DNA of 63,507 nucleotides, counting the filler, from Lenisia limosa (Eukaryota; Protista; Breviatea): assembly GCA_001655205.1 (NCBI GenBank). It is 10 parts of 10 records of this genome, joined end to end, with 100 filler letters (N's around TTAATTAATTAA, not from the genome) between each part and the next. Parts side by side here need not be neighbours in the genome. Positions count along the whole stretch, not along the records: positions 14,356 to 31,595 come from LPNZ01010541.1; positions 31,696 to 37,410 come from LPNZ01009121.1; positions 37,511 to 42,590 come from LPNZ01001922.1; 7 more parts are not named here. One strand, written 5' to 3'. Made by a program: the position numbers and the translations under genes. The notes beneath the pieces are model-generated. The model made no database searches and was not told where the DNA came from. It saw only the letters and a program-made list of their open reading frames with translations. This document shows, one piece after another, positions 25,033-37,621 of this stretch. How positions within the stretch are numbered: position 1 is the stretch's first letter; every line of letters begins with the position of its first letter.

Positions 25033-25160
25033 ATTGAGGTTCGTTTGTTTCGTGTTTCTTTGTTTCTCATATGGATTTGTAACATCATTGTATGTTGGAG
25101 AGAAAGGAAAAATACTTTATTTAGAAAAGGAAGAAAGAACAATACCACCATACAAAGTTG

Positions 25161-27038
25161 TCAGTTTTTGTTGACAAGCGTGACGTCAAACACCAATGTT
25201 GAATTGGGAGGGATAACAGGTGGAGAGCCAGCAGCACCATACCTGAGATAGTGAACCGATGTGAAAAGTTACACTGTAGAAGAGTTAATTCGTAGATGGG
25301 ACATAAAAGAAAGCTCAGGCTAAAGCAATCCATACCATCAGATGCGTATAAAGAAATCAAATGTACATTGACATCTATGATATAATATAGTATTATATCA
25401 TATATTACTACTATTACATGTAAGCTACCAGAAATATAATGTGTTGTGGATACCATTTGCATGATACGATATGCTCACAGCTTCCCTCAAACCCAAGGTG
25501 TGGAGGAATTGTAATTCGCCGTTTACCGCCAACTCCCATTCCCTGGAAAATTGAGATTAGTGGAAAATAGAAAATAAGTATCCTAGTTAATGGTCAGTGA
25601 ATGGAAAATATCCAGATTTTTATGAAACCTGCAAACCATAATTCCTCGCTCAAATCCTTGGACAACCTTTCCAGCTCCCTGAAAGATAAAAATAAAAGAC
25701 CAAAGGTAAACCGACCATTCTAAGTTTGAAGACATGTCCCTTCGACTCGTCAAAGGTTTGGCCAGTAGAAAGCCTTCCGACATAATGCACTCCACAATGA
25801 TCCCCCTAGGTATGAGTGACAATATCAATGAGTTCTTACCTTCTCAACAAGTTTCCTCTGGTCACCCAATTTCAAATCTTCAACTCTGAGTTTTGGTCGT
25901 TCGTCAGTAGGAAGATTACTCCTTTATTGTGAGAAAATGTTGGGAAAACAATTATTCCAAGGAATATTCTTTGTGAAGGCATTTCAGGGATTGCAGCAAA
26001 ATACTTTAAACCATCCTCCACCAACAAAACATCAGCAGCGTAGAGTTTCTTCGCCTCCTCCTTCATACGAATCTCTCTTCTCTCCCTTGAAAATAAATAA
26101 AATAATAAATTATTCTATTACGATTGTACTACATATCATATACTATTACGATTGGTACTACATATTTTTTAAGCATATGATATATCCTTTTAGATAGAGG
26201 GTTTATTGTAAAATGATTCATATTGTGTGAAATAAAGATGTAACAGAAAATTATAATATTTTAAAATATTTTTTATCAACTGCTTCTCTCACAATCTTGC
26301 AGCTCTCTTTTTGTTTGGAAGCCCAAGGTCGGGGAACCCTTCAGGCTCCTTCTTCTTCTTCTTCTTCTTGCTGACAGGTTCCTTGGCAGCTAATCTTTCC
26401 CGTCTCTCACGTTCTTGCTGTGATAAATGAGATTATAAACAGAAAAGTAAAAAAATATTAAAAGCTAGAAGGTAACAATAAAGCAAGATCCAGAAACAAA
26501 CCCAACAAACCCTTCCGCCACGCCGCCTTCTTTTCTTCCTAAAAAATGAGAATTGAACAAATAATTTCGGGACCAACTTTTCGGCAACTTCCTCTTCTTC
26601 ATCCTCACTCTCTTCTTTTTCATCATCTTCCTTGTTGATAATATGCATCTGACCATCCATATCAACCTCTCCAGTCTGCAAATGTCATAAGAATATCTTC
26701 ACCAACCAAGTGGATGACTACGTTGCCAATTACGTGAAAGGAAATAGGTACACCAGGGAGGAAATGAAGCTCTAAAGAATGCATGGGGCTGGAAAAGATT
26801 AGTCCGGTAACACAATCTTTACAAACCATTGAGCAGTAAGGGTACAAAGCAAAGCTTCTTGACCCATAGCCATAACTTTTAGAAGCCCACGAGCGCGAGG
26901 GTCACCGCAGTTGATTGCTGCTGTATGTATATTCAGCCAGCCTGCAGGTGTGACCTCATAGTCAGAAATGTCATCTTCCTTTGAAGGGTTCACTGCCAGG
27001 CTCCATAACTCTTGGGGTTGAGGGGGATGTTCGCACAT
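25161..27038 (-). CDS. Nucleoplasmin-like domain + acidic/basic linker + FKBP PPIase (Fpr3/Fpr4/FKBP39-type histone chaperone)
   Basis: NPL motifs LWSLAV, LLCTL and ISFHVIGNVVIHLVG; poly-E/D tract; FKBP motifs VHYVGRLSTGQTFD, GMGVGGKRRITIPPHLG and YGAAGSPPVIPPNSTLVFDVTLV. Confidence 0.9.
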
Positions 27039-27292
27039 GTTCAAAGGGCTAAATCGGCTTCAAACCTCTCAAATATCTTCTAAAAGAGTTCTACTTTATA
27101 AAAGAGCAGTAAGAAGAGAAAGAGGAGGGCTCAGGATGAAATTAGCAACAAAGGCATTATGCTGGTACAACATTTAAGTGAAAAATTTCTGTTTACGCCC
27201 TTTTAACTTCAAGACGTGAGTAAAGTGTGTATTTTTTATGATTGGGTCAAATTATTGATATTTAGAGACATTAACATATTTTGTAGTTTAAA

Positions 27293-28388
27293 ATGGCAAA
27301 GAACACGAAAGCCGCCGCTCCTACGCCTAAGACTGAGGTTACTGATAGGGTTGAAGTTCCAACCAAGGCCCTGAAAGGTGCCAAGCGTGACACCTCCGTG
27401 AGAGTACACACTGTATTCGTCGGAAACCTTGACTACAGGACTAAAATCGATACCCTTCGCAAGTTCTTTGAAACCAAAGCAGGTAGGAATTGCCTCATGC
27501 GCCCCCTCCCCCCTTATTGATTGTTACATTCAAGGCAAGGTTGTGAATGTTCGCCTCCAAACAGAGAAGGGCTCCAAGCGCTCTAAAGGCTACGGCTTCG
27601 TTGACTTCAAGGAACAAGATGGTGCATCGGTTGGTGGGACGAATAATTCATAGAGTGCCCATAGCTTTACATTTTTGTATTTTTTTCTGATGTATATTTC
27701 CCCCCTTCTCAGCCACTCTCACTATACTTACATACTGCTTTAGAAAGCAATTTTATTGCATCACTCTGAGATTGATGATCGTAAAATCAACGTTGAGCGC
27801 TCTGCTGGTGGTGGAGGAAACAGTGGGAGGGGGGGGGGGNNNNNNNNNNNNNNNNNNNNNNNNNNNNNNNNNNNNNNNNNNNNNNNNNNNNNNNNNNNNN
27901 NNNNNNNNNNNNNNNNNNNNNNNNNNNNNNNNNNNNNNNNNNNNNNNNNNNNNNNNNNNNNNNNNNNNNTTCCAATCACCTGTTTAGGCAAGGTTAGAAG
28001 AGACAAAATTACCAAGGCTAACGTGAAGGCTAAGGAGATGAGAGTAGGCTTTGGATGGTGACGACTCATTCTCCAGTCCAAGTTTGCCGCCCACAAGCAA
28101 GACCAAAAGACTCGTGACCCCGTGGCCAAGAGTGTGGCTGAAGAGTCATCAAAGGATGTTGTGGTGAGCATTCAACATGCATTCATTCAGTGCTGCGCAG
28201 CTTTGGTAATCAATATAGGTGCCGGAGACCAAAAAGAATGCCACTAAGAAGGCTGCTGTTAAGGCCGAGCGTGCGGCTAAGACCGGCGGAAAGAAGGTGG
28301 GTATTTTTCGAGCAGGTTAAGAGTAATTATTCAGATCGTGAAAAAGATCGTGAAGAAGGTCGTGAAGAAGGTAAAGAAGTCCGAGTAA
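27293..28388 (+). CDS. Nop6-like nucleolar RRM protein
   Basis: RNP2 TVFVGNL, RNP1 KGYGFVDF, then RKINVERSAGGGGN (Nop6-like) and a Lys-rich tail. Confidence 0.7.
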
Positions 28389-28513
28389 TTTCAATTTTCG
28401 TTTCTCCCCAAGGAGCAAGTTCCAAAATACGTTTTCTCTGCTCGTTCTTAATAGATGTTTTACTCTGAACCACAATGCTACCAGAATCATACAGAAGTAA
28501 ATGTACAAACAGC

Positions 28514-31500
28514 TTAGTTTTTGAGCCAAGGCTCGTCAGAGTGGCACTTGGCACTCTTCATTGACCGGTTTTTAGAGTCTCCACATCTTTGAACAAGCTC
28601 ACCTACACGGATAATAAGCCTTTGAAGTCTGTCACCTACAGAACGTCGTATCAAGGAAATGACAGGTCAACGAGTTGTAGGCGCAATCGATGTTGTGAAT
28701 GGCACCGGCATGGGCTCCGACCTCTGCGAAGATAGTCAGATTCAAGATCACCGATTCACATACTTGGCACTGCGTCCTTGCGGGGAATAATTGAAACACC
28801 TTGGGTATTGTAGTCGTGGTACGAGAAGTCAAACACCTGTAGGATCAGAATGGCTCATCCAGAAATGGGGTGTACCAGATAGAAGCCAGAACTAAAACTA
28901 AACGCCACAAACCTCGCGACCGTACAGAGGACCGGGGGGAGAGAAGGTCACAGCACGGATCTCTGGGGGCAATAAGAAAAAAATAGATGACAAGCCGCGA
29001 AGAAGACAGCAAAACAATTGAACAAAGGACCCCAGAGTAGCATCATACTGTTTCTGGCACCAAGGATTTGGGCAAGGCCACCACCGAGTGAATGGCCCAT
29101 AATCATAAATTCACGGTCAGTGTGCTTAGCCATCAAGTCATGAAGAGCATCTTCAATATCGAAATAGTATGCACGTCCCTCTTGAGGAAGAGCGCTTTCG
29201 AAGATCGAAAAGGCTTCAACCACGGAGGCGGTGAGATTGGCAGGCATGAAGGGAGCCAGCGGCCTAAAAGTCAGAAACGTCTAGTCATATGTAGGCCTAC
29301 ATAACTAAAACGGACTCCATGAAAAGATCCATATCCTCAATCCAATCGGACAGTTTTGTCGTACCACGGATGGACTGGAATGGTGAATAGTGCCTACAAG
29401 AGAGGGTGATAAAAAAGAGCAACCTTTTGTCAGAGGAAAATGGATAAACGGGGGAAGGTAATCTGCTTACCACAACAGTCAGGTTGGTGTTAATCTCGTG
29501 GAAAGCAACGACCTACAAAAATGAAACGGAATGGTCCTCTTTTGTTTCAAACCTTGGAAGGTGAAGTATCGAGAAGCTCATAGGTGAACCGTCCAGGGAA
29601 CCATGCCTCCAAGTCGGTTGCAAGAAGACTAGACAATTAAATAAAATAAAAACCCCCATTGTAGCATCATGGCAACAATCAGTGGGCCCTCCAACTTCTT
29701 CTCAACTGGTACGTAGGCAAGCTTGGTCAACAGAGTAGCGTCAATAACATCGAGGCCGTGCCATGTCATACCGCAAACGGAGTACTTCATCTTAGGGTCA
29801 ACCTGGCGAGATAAAAACTGGTCGCAAAATGTGTTCGTTCAAAAAAAAAACAGAAATGTTTGAACATTTGTTTCTGGGAAAGTCAACTCACAATGAAAGT
29901 GGTGTTAACAAGTGCAACTGGTTCTCCTGGCTCAGGATCTTGTACTTGGCTTCCTGAGAATTGTGAGGGTTTCTAAAACAGAAGGGAGATATATAGCTAC
30001 ACAATATTATAATATTTTATCATATGTACATGTATGCATACCATATGCATATATTATATCATTTACATGCAATGTATGTAGGAATTAGAAGGGTAAAAAA
30101 TATTTGGAAATCTTACACATTCGTGCTCACAGCGCTCCAGCCTACCAAGCATAACAATACTGACTCCAAGAATGACCAGAAGGGAAACAAAGACGTTCAT
30201 AATGCTGTCATGATTGTCACTCTCCATGTCCTTGAGAACCGGCGCGGTGACGAAAGCAAACACCATACCCCATCCAACAACTACAAAGTGAATATTCAGC
30301 AAGGACTGTCTTACTTGAGCTCCATCCTCCAAGGTATGAGAAAGCCGCCACAATGCCGGTGATGTAGAGGGCGACCATGATAAAGATGAGAAGCATGCGG
30401 AGGTAATCCCAAAGATGGCGTGATCCGTGGCGACGACGTGCACCTGCGCTGTCAGCAAAAAGAAAAATATGCTCCTTCTTGCACAACTGAATAAAAAAAA
30501 AAAAAAAAAAAAANNNNNNNNNNNNNNNNNNNNNNNNNNNNNNNNNNNNNNNNNNNNNNNNNNNNNNNNNNNNNNNNNNNNNNNNNNNNNNNNNNNNNNN
30601 NAACACTTAAAAAAAAGCCAACCCACCAGGAAGAAGACGGCCAAAAGCACGACCCCATCTTTTGAAAAGGGACGGGACACCAATGCTCTCAAGATGCTCA
30701 TTTTCAGCCTAGGGGATAAGAATGCTTGTGAAACAAACTTCATCTTCCATTTCGTCCATATCCTCAGGGTGACAGCAGTTGAAGCAGCAGCTTAGGTGAG
30801 GGGTGATCCATACAGCCAGTACGAGCATGACCACACAGCCAACTCCAACAACAACAAGAATTCCTGGAATGCCAGTTAAGATGGAATATGCATGTTGTAA
30901 TATAGTATCATATGATATTATAGATGTCTAGCATTCGTTTCCTTCAGATTGTATTAGAAAAGATAAACATAATAGCATAGCTCATCCAATCCTTTGAATA
31001 TCAAATGATATGATTATTGCTTTTAAAAAAAGAGCTTACCAAAGAATTCCTGGGAAATGAGACGGTAGACAGCAGCCAAAATGAGGACGACAGCAAGGCC
31101 GAAGACGCAAACTCGAATCGTCTTTTTCCTAAACTCAGCAACACGACGGTCCTAAGAAGTCAAACAGAAAAAGGCTTTTTTTTTGACATTAACACGATTA
31201 CGAAATATATTCCTTTTTTTTTTATTATTTTAATTTCTCTTTCAAAAGATCAGGAAACTCACATGATCGGTCTCGAAGTCTTCATCGTTGTCCATGTCAT
31301 CCGCGGCCGAAATCACAAGGTAGAGGGAAAGGACAAAGAAAACTATGACAAGTCAACAACAAAAAAAAAAATCGCAGTAATACAAACCGGGAAGGGGGAG
31401 ATACATCCAACGCTCCTTAAAGCGATCAGTGTCCTGGAATCCCATGATCATCCAAGCCACGAAGAGCATGAAGAAAAAGAATGACAGACTAAGAGGTCAG

Positions 31501-31595
31501 CAATCTCCATAACACCGATGTTAAAAACAGGATCCTGAATCCCTCCCACGTTTGCTTGAATCGAACAATTCCAGGTGTGACATGTTCACGATCGG
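28514..31595 (-). CDS. Multi-TM protein with C-terminal class 3 lipase domain (5' truncated)
   Basis: At least six hydrophobic segments, then SIRGTTKLSDWIEDMDLF, nucleophile elbow IMGHSLGGGLA, AVTFSPPG and HAGAIHNIDC. Confidence 0.8.
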
Positions 31596-31695
31596 NNNNN
31601 NNNNNNNNNNNNNNNNNNNNNNNNNNNNNNNNNNNNNNNTTAATTAATTAANNNNNNNNNNNNNNNNNNNNNNNNNNNNNNNNNNNNNNNNNNNN

Positions 31696-31792
31696 CCTCC
31701 CACCTCCAGTGAGTGACAGACAAAAGCCTTCCTCCCACCTCCAGCGAGTGACAGATAAAAGCCTTCCTCCCACCTCCAGTGAGTGACAGACA
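31696..31792. repeat. 35-bp tandem repeat x3 spanning an ABCB7 exon end and splice donor
   Basis: CCTCCCACCTCCAG(T/C)GAGTGACAGA..AAAAGCCTT in three units (the third partial). Confidence 0.9.
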
Positions 31793-34700
31793 GCGTGAAG
31801 GCCGAGTAAGCCGTCATAGTGAGGAGAGTGATTCCAGCGTAGATTCCTCCAAAGTTGTAGACCTGGCGGATGGGGTGAATGATGGAATGAACAATTGAAA
31901 TACATTACGTGGGTTTGTAAACAAAACAACAAGCAAAGCATAATAGCCCCGTATCCTTAGACTTCTAATGTAGTATATATTTTTTTCTCTTGTTCAAAAA
32001 ACAAACTGCATCCCATCCCCGGATAAGGAAATTTTGTTTTGGAATGTTTCCGTTGGTAAAAATCACAGATCAAAATTGATGATGAACACCAATTTGCCCC
32101 CTTCCTCAAAAAATCAGAATTCCATCCTCCTCCCCAACCATAATTCCTGACACAAGCGATATCTCTAAGATGGTGGGAGTGATATGGAACAGCGTCGCGC
32201 TCATGAGGTAATTAATGCCTCTGTAGGGGGGTGTAAAATAAGAAAATTATGAAACAAAAAAAGACACAAAATCAACTGTGTTGGCTGACAACACACAAGG
32301 GTTGATAACAACAAACCAAACACGGGGTTAACGTAACAATACAGCCGGAAAGGTGATCAATACTATATAAAGAATCTGTAGTGGGGGTGGGGTGGAGGGC
32401 GAGATATTTATATAACAATGAGAAATAAAAAAGGTTGTATTTGGCCAAAGCCGTCCACACCATCACGCTTAGAAGAGATGTTGAATTATAGTAATTATAT
32501 AAATTAATTCATCCAATCATTTGCCTTGCAACTCTGTGCACACAGCTTTCTGCGTGCCTCGAGGGTGAGATAGACCAACATCCCTATCAGTNNNNNNNNN
32601 NNNNNNNNNNNNNNNNNNNNNNNNNNNNNNNNNNNNNNNNNNNNNNNNNNNNNNNNNNNNNNNNNNNNNNNNNNNNNNNNNNNNNCCTAGTTCTTTTCTG
32701 TTAAAAATCAATACCCCCGCCTCTGGGCTTGAATAACCATTTATTGTTAATTTTGTTCATAAAAATACCACTTTTACCTTCTTTTTTTTTAATTTGTAAC
32801 TACAGCCACTGCCACCCCTGTTTTAGATGAGCCCACCTCTGTCCCCTATCAATGGNNNNNNNNNNNNNNNNNNNNNNNNNNNNNNNNNNNNNNNNNNNNN
32901 NNNNNNNNNNNNNNNNNNNNNNNNNNNNNNNNNNNNNNNNNNNNNNNNNNNNNNNNNNNNNNNNNNNNNNNNNNNNNNNNNNNNNNNNNNNNNNNNNNNN
33001 NNNNNNNNNNNNNNNNNNNNNNNNNNNNNNNNNNNNNNNNNNNNNNNNNNNNNNNNNNNNNNNNNNNNNNNNNNNNNACGAGGGTTGAGAACAACAAAAC
33101 AAAGCCCAGAAGCACCGCATCCCATCACTCTAGCGTATGTTAGGGCTTCATTAGCTCCCAAAAAGATAGATAGAATGAAGATGATTAACTGAGTGAAGTC
33201 CTACTGACACACACAATGCCCTTACTCCCCCATATAATGACGCCGCATTAAATATCAATGCCCTTACTCAACATACCCACCCCATGCAAGGCGAGTGGTA
33301 AACCAAGGCCTGTAGCCAACATCATACCTAAGGCTCCACTTCGGTTCGTGAAAATATCGATAGGTTTCGAGGATTAATCGAGAAATTTTGTCTTTTTTTC
33401 GAACCGAATTGAAACCCTATTCACCCCCCCCCCACGCAATGCGCGTTGGCCGACGGTGGCGAAGACGGCGTTGCGCAGTTCCGAACAAAACGACGCCCCG
33501 GCCCGGACAACTCCGTCTGTGAGGGGTATGCGTTAGAAAATACAGTGACTGGGAACTCTTGACCAATTTTCCTTGGGGAAATCACACAACAAATCAGTCA
33601 AGACTTAACCCGGTCACTAAAGAGTAAAAAGCGATGGGAAATAAAGCAAATAAACCGATCATTAGTTCCGGAAATTTGTATTTTATCCGTGGCAAACATG
33701 AAGCGAGAAGAAGCACGACGTATGTGACCGGGTTGGAGAACATTTCGGGGACATTTTCAGGGACATTAAGGGAATCAATTGCCTTTTTGAACAGGTATGG
33801 CACTTGCACATTCAGCAGCTGAGGGGAGATGAGGTTAAAAGAAAAAAATTTGATGAAAATTTGAGGAGAAGAACTACAAAATGAAGAATAGCCCAAAATT
33901 CCAAAGTAAAATAGTGTGGGGGGGTAAAACGAAAGAAATCTCGATGAAGAATATTGGCGTAAACGTTAGTCAAATTGGAAATTTATGAAACAAAACAAAA
34001 GCTGGCGTTACAATTACCCTCTCCCCCCTCTTCACTTTCATTCTTCAATATCACTTTCACCCCCACTTTCGAGGTAACAAGAAGACTCAAAGCGGTGACA
34101 ACTCTCTTCCTGATGGATCTGTTTCTATGAGATACAAAAACACAACATTAAATATATGATATATACTAAATGTATTATGTACATGTACAGTGACTGGGAT
34201 ACGCCTTGAACTGTTTTCCTTGGGAAATCACATAACAAGTCGGTCAAGACTTCTCCCGGTACTGTATATATCTAAGACATAAATGCATGTATTATATCAT
34301 AAGGAAGGTCAGATACAGTATACAGTATAGTATAGTAATTCCATATGATTATATTATACAATACCAGTATTATACCTAAGGCACCAACCTATCTTCTGGC
34401 CAAATGTAACGTTTGAGAGTACCAAGGATCTCAGATAATGGAAGTTTCTGGGGGTGGGGGGGGGGGGGNNNNNNNNNNNNNNNNNNNNNNNNNNNNNNNN
34501 NNNNNNNNNNNNNNNNNNNNNNNNNNNNNNNNNNNNNNNNNNNNNNNNNNNNNNNNNNNNNNNNNNNNNNNNNNNNNNNNNNNNNNNNNNNNNNNNNNNN
34601 NNNNNNNNNNNNNNNNNNNNNNNNNNNNNNNNNAAAGTTCAATGGAATTTCAACATTTTACATATGCATATGCAAGAGCAATCACCCAAAAAGAATGGCA

Positions 34701-35759
34701 AAATGACATTAAACAATATCGACGCGTGAGAACTCATTATCAGAAGAACAAACAAAAACCCGGAATCAACTCTATTTAAAAACAAAACAAATGTGAAATA
34801 CCGCACGCAGCGTACAGTATTGGAAATTTATGAAATAAAAAACATAAAAAAAATCACCATCACCATGATCAACAACATCCCCCAACATCATCGCCAAGAT
34901 TGAGAGGTTCGGGTCCTGGGGTGCCGCCAATGAGGCCATGGTGGCGGATGGAGAGCCGCGACTGGAATCATGATTCTTGCAGCAAACTCTATTGAAACTA
35001 AGATCATAAAGATCCAGTGGCTGAACTGTACACAAAGAGAACAGTCCTTGCCGCAGGGGGTTGGAAATGTGTCGAAAAGTTTCAACGACTTTGCCTCAAG
35101 AAAAGGTTAAAGGAGGATAATTGAACTGATTTTGGGGGGGATTTATGAAGACAAGTGAGCAAAGTTTTGTGTCGAAATAGTTTCCAACCCTCAGCGACCA
35201 AGAACCAAGAGAAAATCCACTGAAAACCAAAAGGGGATGGAAAGTAAATACAATTCCTGGGATAAAAAAAAATGGTATATGGCCGCAGCCGTCACCATTG
35301 TTTTCAAAAGAGATATTACAAGAATAAAAGTAACATAACTTGCTCAAAATATTGTTCAAAAATAAGGCTCAGAAAAGTCTGGTACCGATTAATGGCAATA
35401 ATCCGCCTACAAATGGGGTTGACAACTGGAGCGGATGTCTGACAACTGCCTACAAATGTTAATGGAGGGGTGTCACGTAGCAAATACAACAAAAGCGATA
35501 CGTCCCAAGTGATGAGAAGGAACAATCAGCGACAAAAAATGGAATTGTTATAGTATACCGTGCGCCTAGTAAACAAGCTTTACCATAAGAATTTTAATCA
35601 CCTAATGAAAGAACAGCAAACCTGATGAATTGTGGGGGTTATCACACGAGGAAGAGTGCTAAGTGTCCGGAAGAGCAACGGCCGAGCAAATGGCAGCTTA
35701 GTTGCTAATGGAACGGAAAGAGGTGCCCTTGAAAGGGCAATGATGCCTCGTGAAAACAT
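31696..35759 (-). CDS. ABCB7: Mitochondrial ABC transporter ABCB7/Atm1, N-terminal half (3' truncated)
   Basis: Presequence MFSRGIIALSRAPLSVPLATKLPFARPLLFRTLS; LLNVQVPYLFKKAID; YGVVRAGASFCSELRNAVFATVGQRAL; IDRGQRGINYLMSATLFHITPTILEISLVSGIM; TAYSAFTLSVTHWR. Confidence 0.9.
33078..33140. repeat. Intronic repeat family C (GGGTTGANAACAACAAAACAAA...CAGTCGCTTCTGCAGCACCGCATCCCATCAC)
   Basis: Full or partial copies at ~32272, 33078, 38826 (reverse), 45730 (reverse), 46934, 48499, 48610, 58796, 59701. Confidence 0.85.
33329..33419. mobile_element. hAT-type MITE family A copy filling most of ABCB7 intron 33310-33435
   Basis: TAAGGCTCCACTTCGGTTCG...CGAACCGAATTGAAACCCTA; flanks ATCATACC / TTCACCCC (5/8). 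Confidence 0.8.
33541..34262. repeat. Repeat family E (TACAGTGACTGGG...TCGGTCAAGACTT..CCCGGT), two copies in ABCB7 introns
   Basis: About 80-bp copies at ~33541-33620 and ~34185-34262; related reverse-strand units at ~48735-48865. Confidence 0.7.
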
Positions 35760-36277
35760 TTGCTATGATCTCGTCTCCATTAAACTCAGAAGTATTTTGT
35801 CTTTAAACGCTCTCAATATATAAACAGTACTCTATTTTGCTAACATTGCTGCCATTAAGAGGTGGGAATTCGTAAAGAAAACTTGATTAATGCTCGAGGG
35901 AATTCGATAATTAATTTCGAATTACAAGTGGGTGTTCTGGAAACTGAAGCACTGAAGCACTGAAGCACTGAAGCAATCAAGATATCCTTGTAGACTTGTA
36001 GAGTTGTATTGTATTCACACGCTTAAGCAAGCAAGATTAAAGAGCCTTGTTAAGATATTGTATTTCGGGATAGTCTCTTCCAAGGCAAGTGCAACCAACT
36101 AATCGAATCGAGCTATTGTAAAAAGAAGGGGCGGAATATTACCGAAGGATGTTGAATTATTGTTATATATAGACTGTATTTCCGTCGCTAGACTTTCTGT
36201 GCCTCTCCAGGGAGTCAAACCGGCTATTAAGGTTCTTAGTACCTTCATTCAAAGTAGACTTGCTTTGAACAGACGCG

Positions 36278-37410
36278 ATGGATTTTGAGTTGGCAAAATT
36301 TGACCCGTCACATCGCTTCAGGCCGGTAAGCCCACAAAATATGATGTAATTTTGTTGCAATCATCTTGTTTGATTTGGTCCCCACGCTAACATCAGCCTC
36401 ATTCCTTCAGCCTTCTACCAGTAGCCACTCAAGCACCCGCCAACAGGCCCTCTACTCCCTTCGGACTGTTCTCCTTGTTAGGTAAGACTGTTTAAGCCGC
36501 AACCGCAACATCTAACTGACCCTTCCGCAGTGTTCTGTGTGTCATTTTCCTCCTATGCGTTTGCCTGATCTCCCTGGGCTGGTGGGCCGGAGAGGAGGCT
36601 GACAGAAGGAGCTACACGTCATGCAGTACTGCTATTGAGGATTTTGTGACCGAGGTATGTTGGATTAGTTGTGGGTTACTACTGGTCCGATGGTGCCCAG
36701 AAAACAATCGGAACACGTGTCGGCCTTTGAGAGAAGTTGAGACCGGATGATGGACAGGGTTCGCATTAAAAGAGGGGTGTTGTTGAAGATGGGCCTCAGC
36801 ATAGTTCTGCACCAATCATAATCACAACTTTGAACATGGAGGGGCGAAATGTTCCGGTCAAATCAGCTCGGATGAGGTGGCCCGGGCGCAGCCGCCTATG
36901 TTGGGTCGTAAGTTGCCTTCTCTTCCATTCTGTCCACCTCTTGTGGGGCTAATTAGGGGTTATATTTGGGTTTCTCTTCGTGCCAAAGCCCAGTAAAATG
37001 GAGGGTATTGGTAGTTACGGGCTATTATATTTGCTACTATGTTTGGTCAAAGCTTTTTGTATATTATTGTATTTTTTAAAGAGTTTTTTTGGTAAGTATT
37101 TGAAATTCTTGAGACGTTATATCCTGTTTTTCAAGTAGCGTACCATAGTATAACCAACAAAGTTGAGTTTTATTATTATTATTATTATTATTACTTTTTT
37201 TTATATATATCGATATAATATATATATATTATTTTACCCTCCCCGCAGCTTCACGCCAAGTCCTCTCTTCAGATCCAATACCATTTGGGTGAATTACTCA
37301 ATGTGAGGGGTAATTAGTTGCTCAATATAACCTCAACGACAGCAGATCTCGCCAACAAATTTTTGGCGTAATCAATACTTCCAGATCTCATGACAATCTC
37401 AGTAATCAAT
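36278..37410 (+). CDS. Hypothetical single-pass membrane protein (partial)
   Basis: GT-AG exons MDFELAKFDPSHRFRP|PSTSSHSSTRQQALYSLRTVLLVR|VLCVIFLLCVCLISLGWWAGEE; no family recognised. Confidence 0.45.
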
Positions 37411-37621
37411 NNNNNNNNNNNNNNNNNNNNNNNNNNNNNNNNNNNNNNNNNNNNTTAATTAATTAANNNNNNNNNNNNNNNNNNNNNNNNNNNNNNNNNN
37501 NNNNNNNNNNATATACTTTCTCTTCCTTTTTCCTCAGTAATATATATCATTCTCTATATATATAATATACTACATGTAATGATATGTATTATGTATTCCT
37601 CTTCATTTACCCCCCGTATAC

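Noticed and set aside
35944-35975. ACTGAAGC x4 tandem repeat as a regulatory element between divergent genes
   Set aside because: It is short and a single occurrence, and slippage explains it; there is no support for function.
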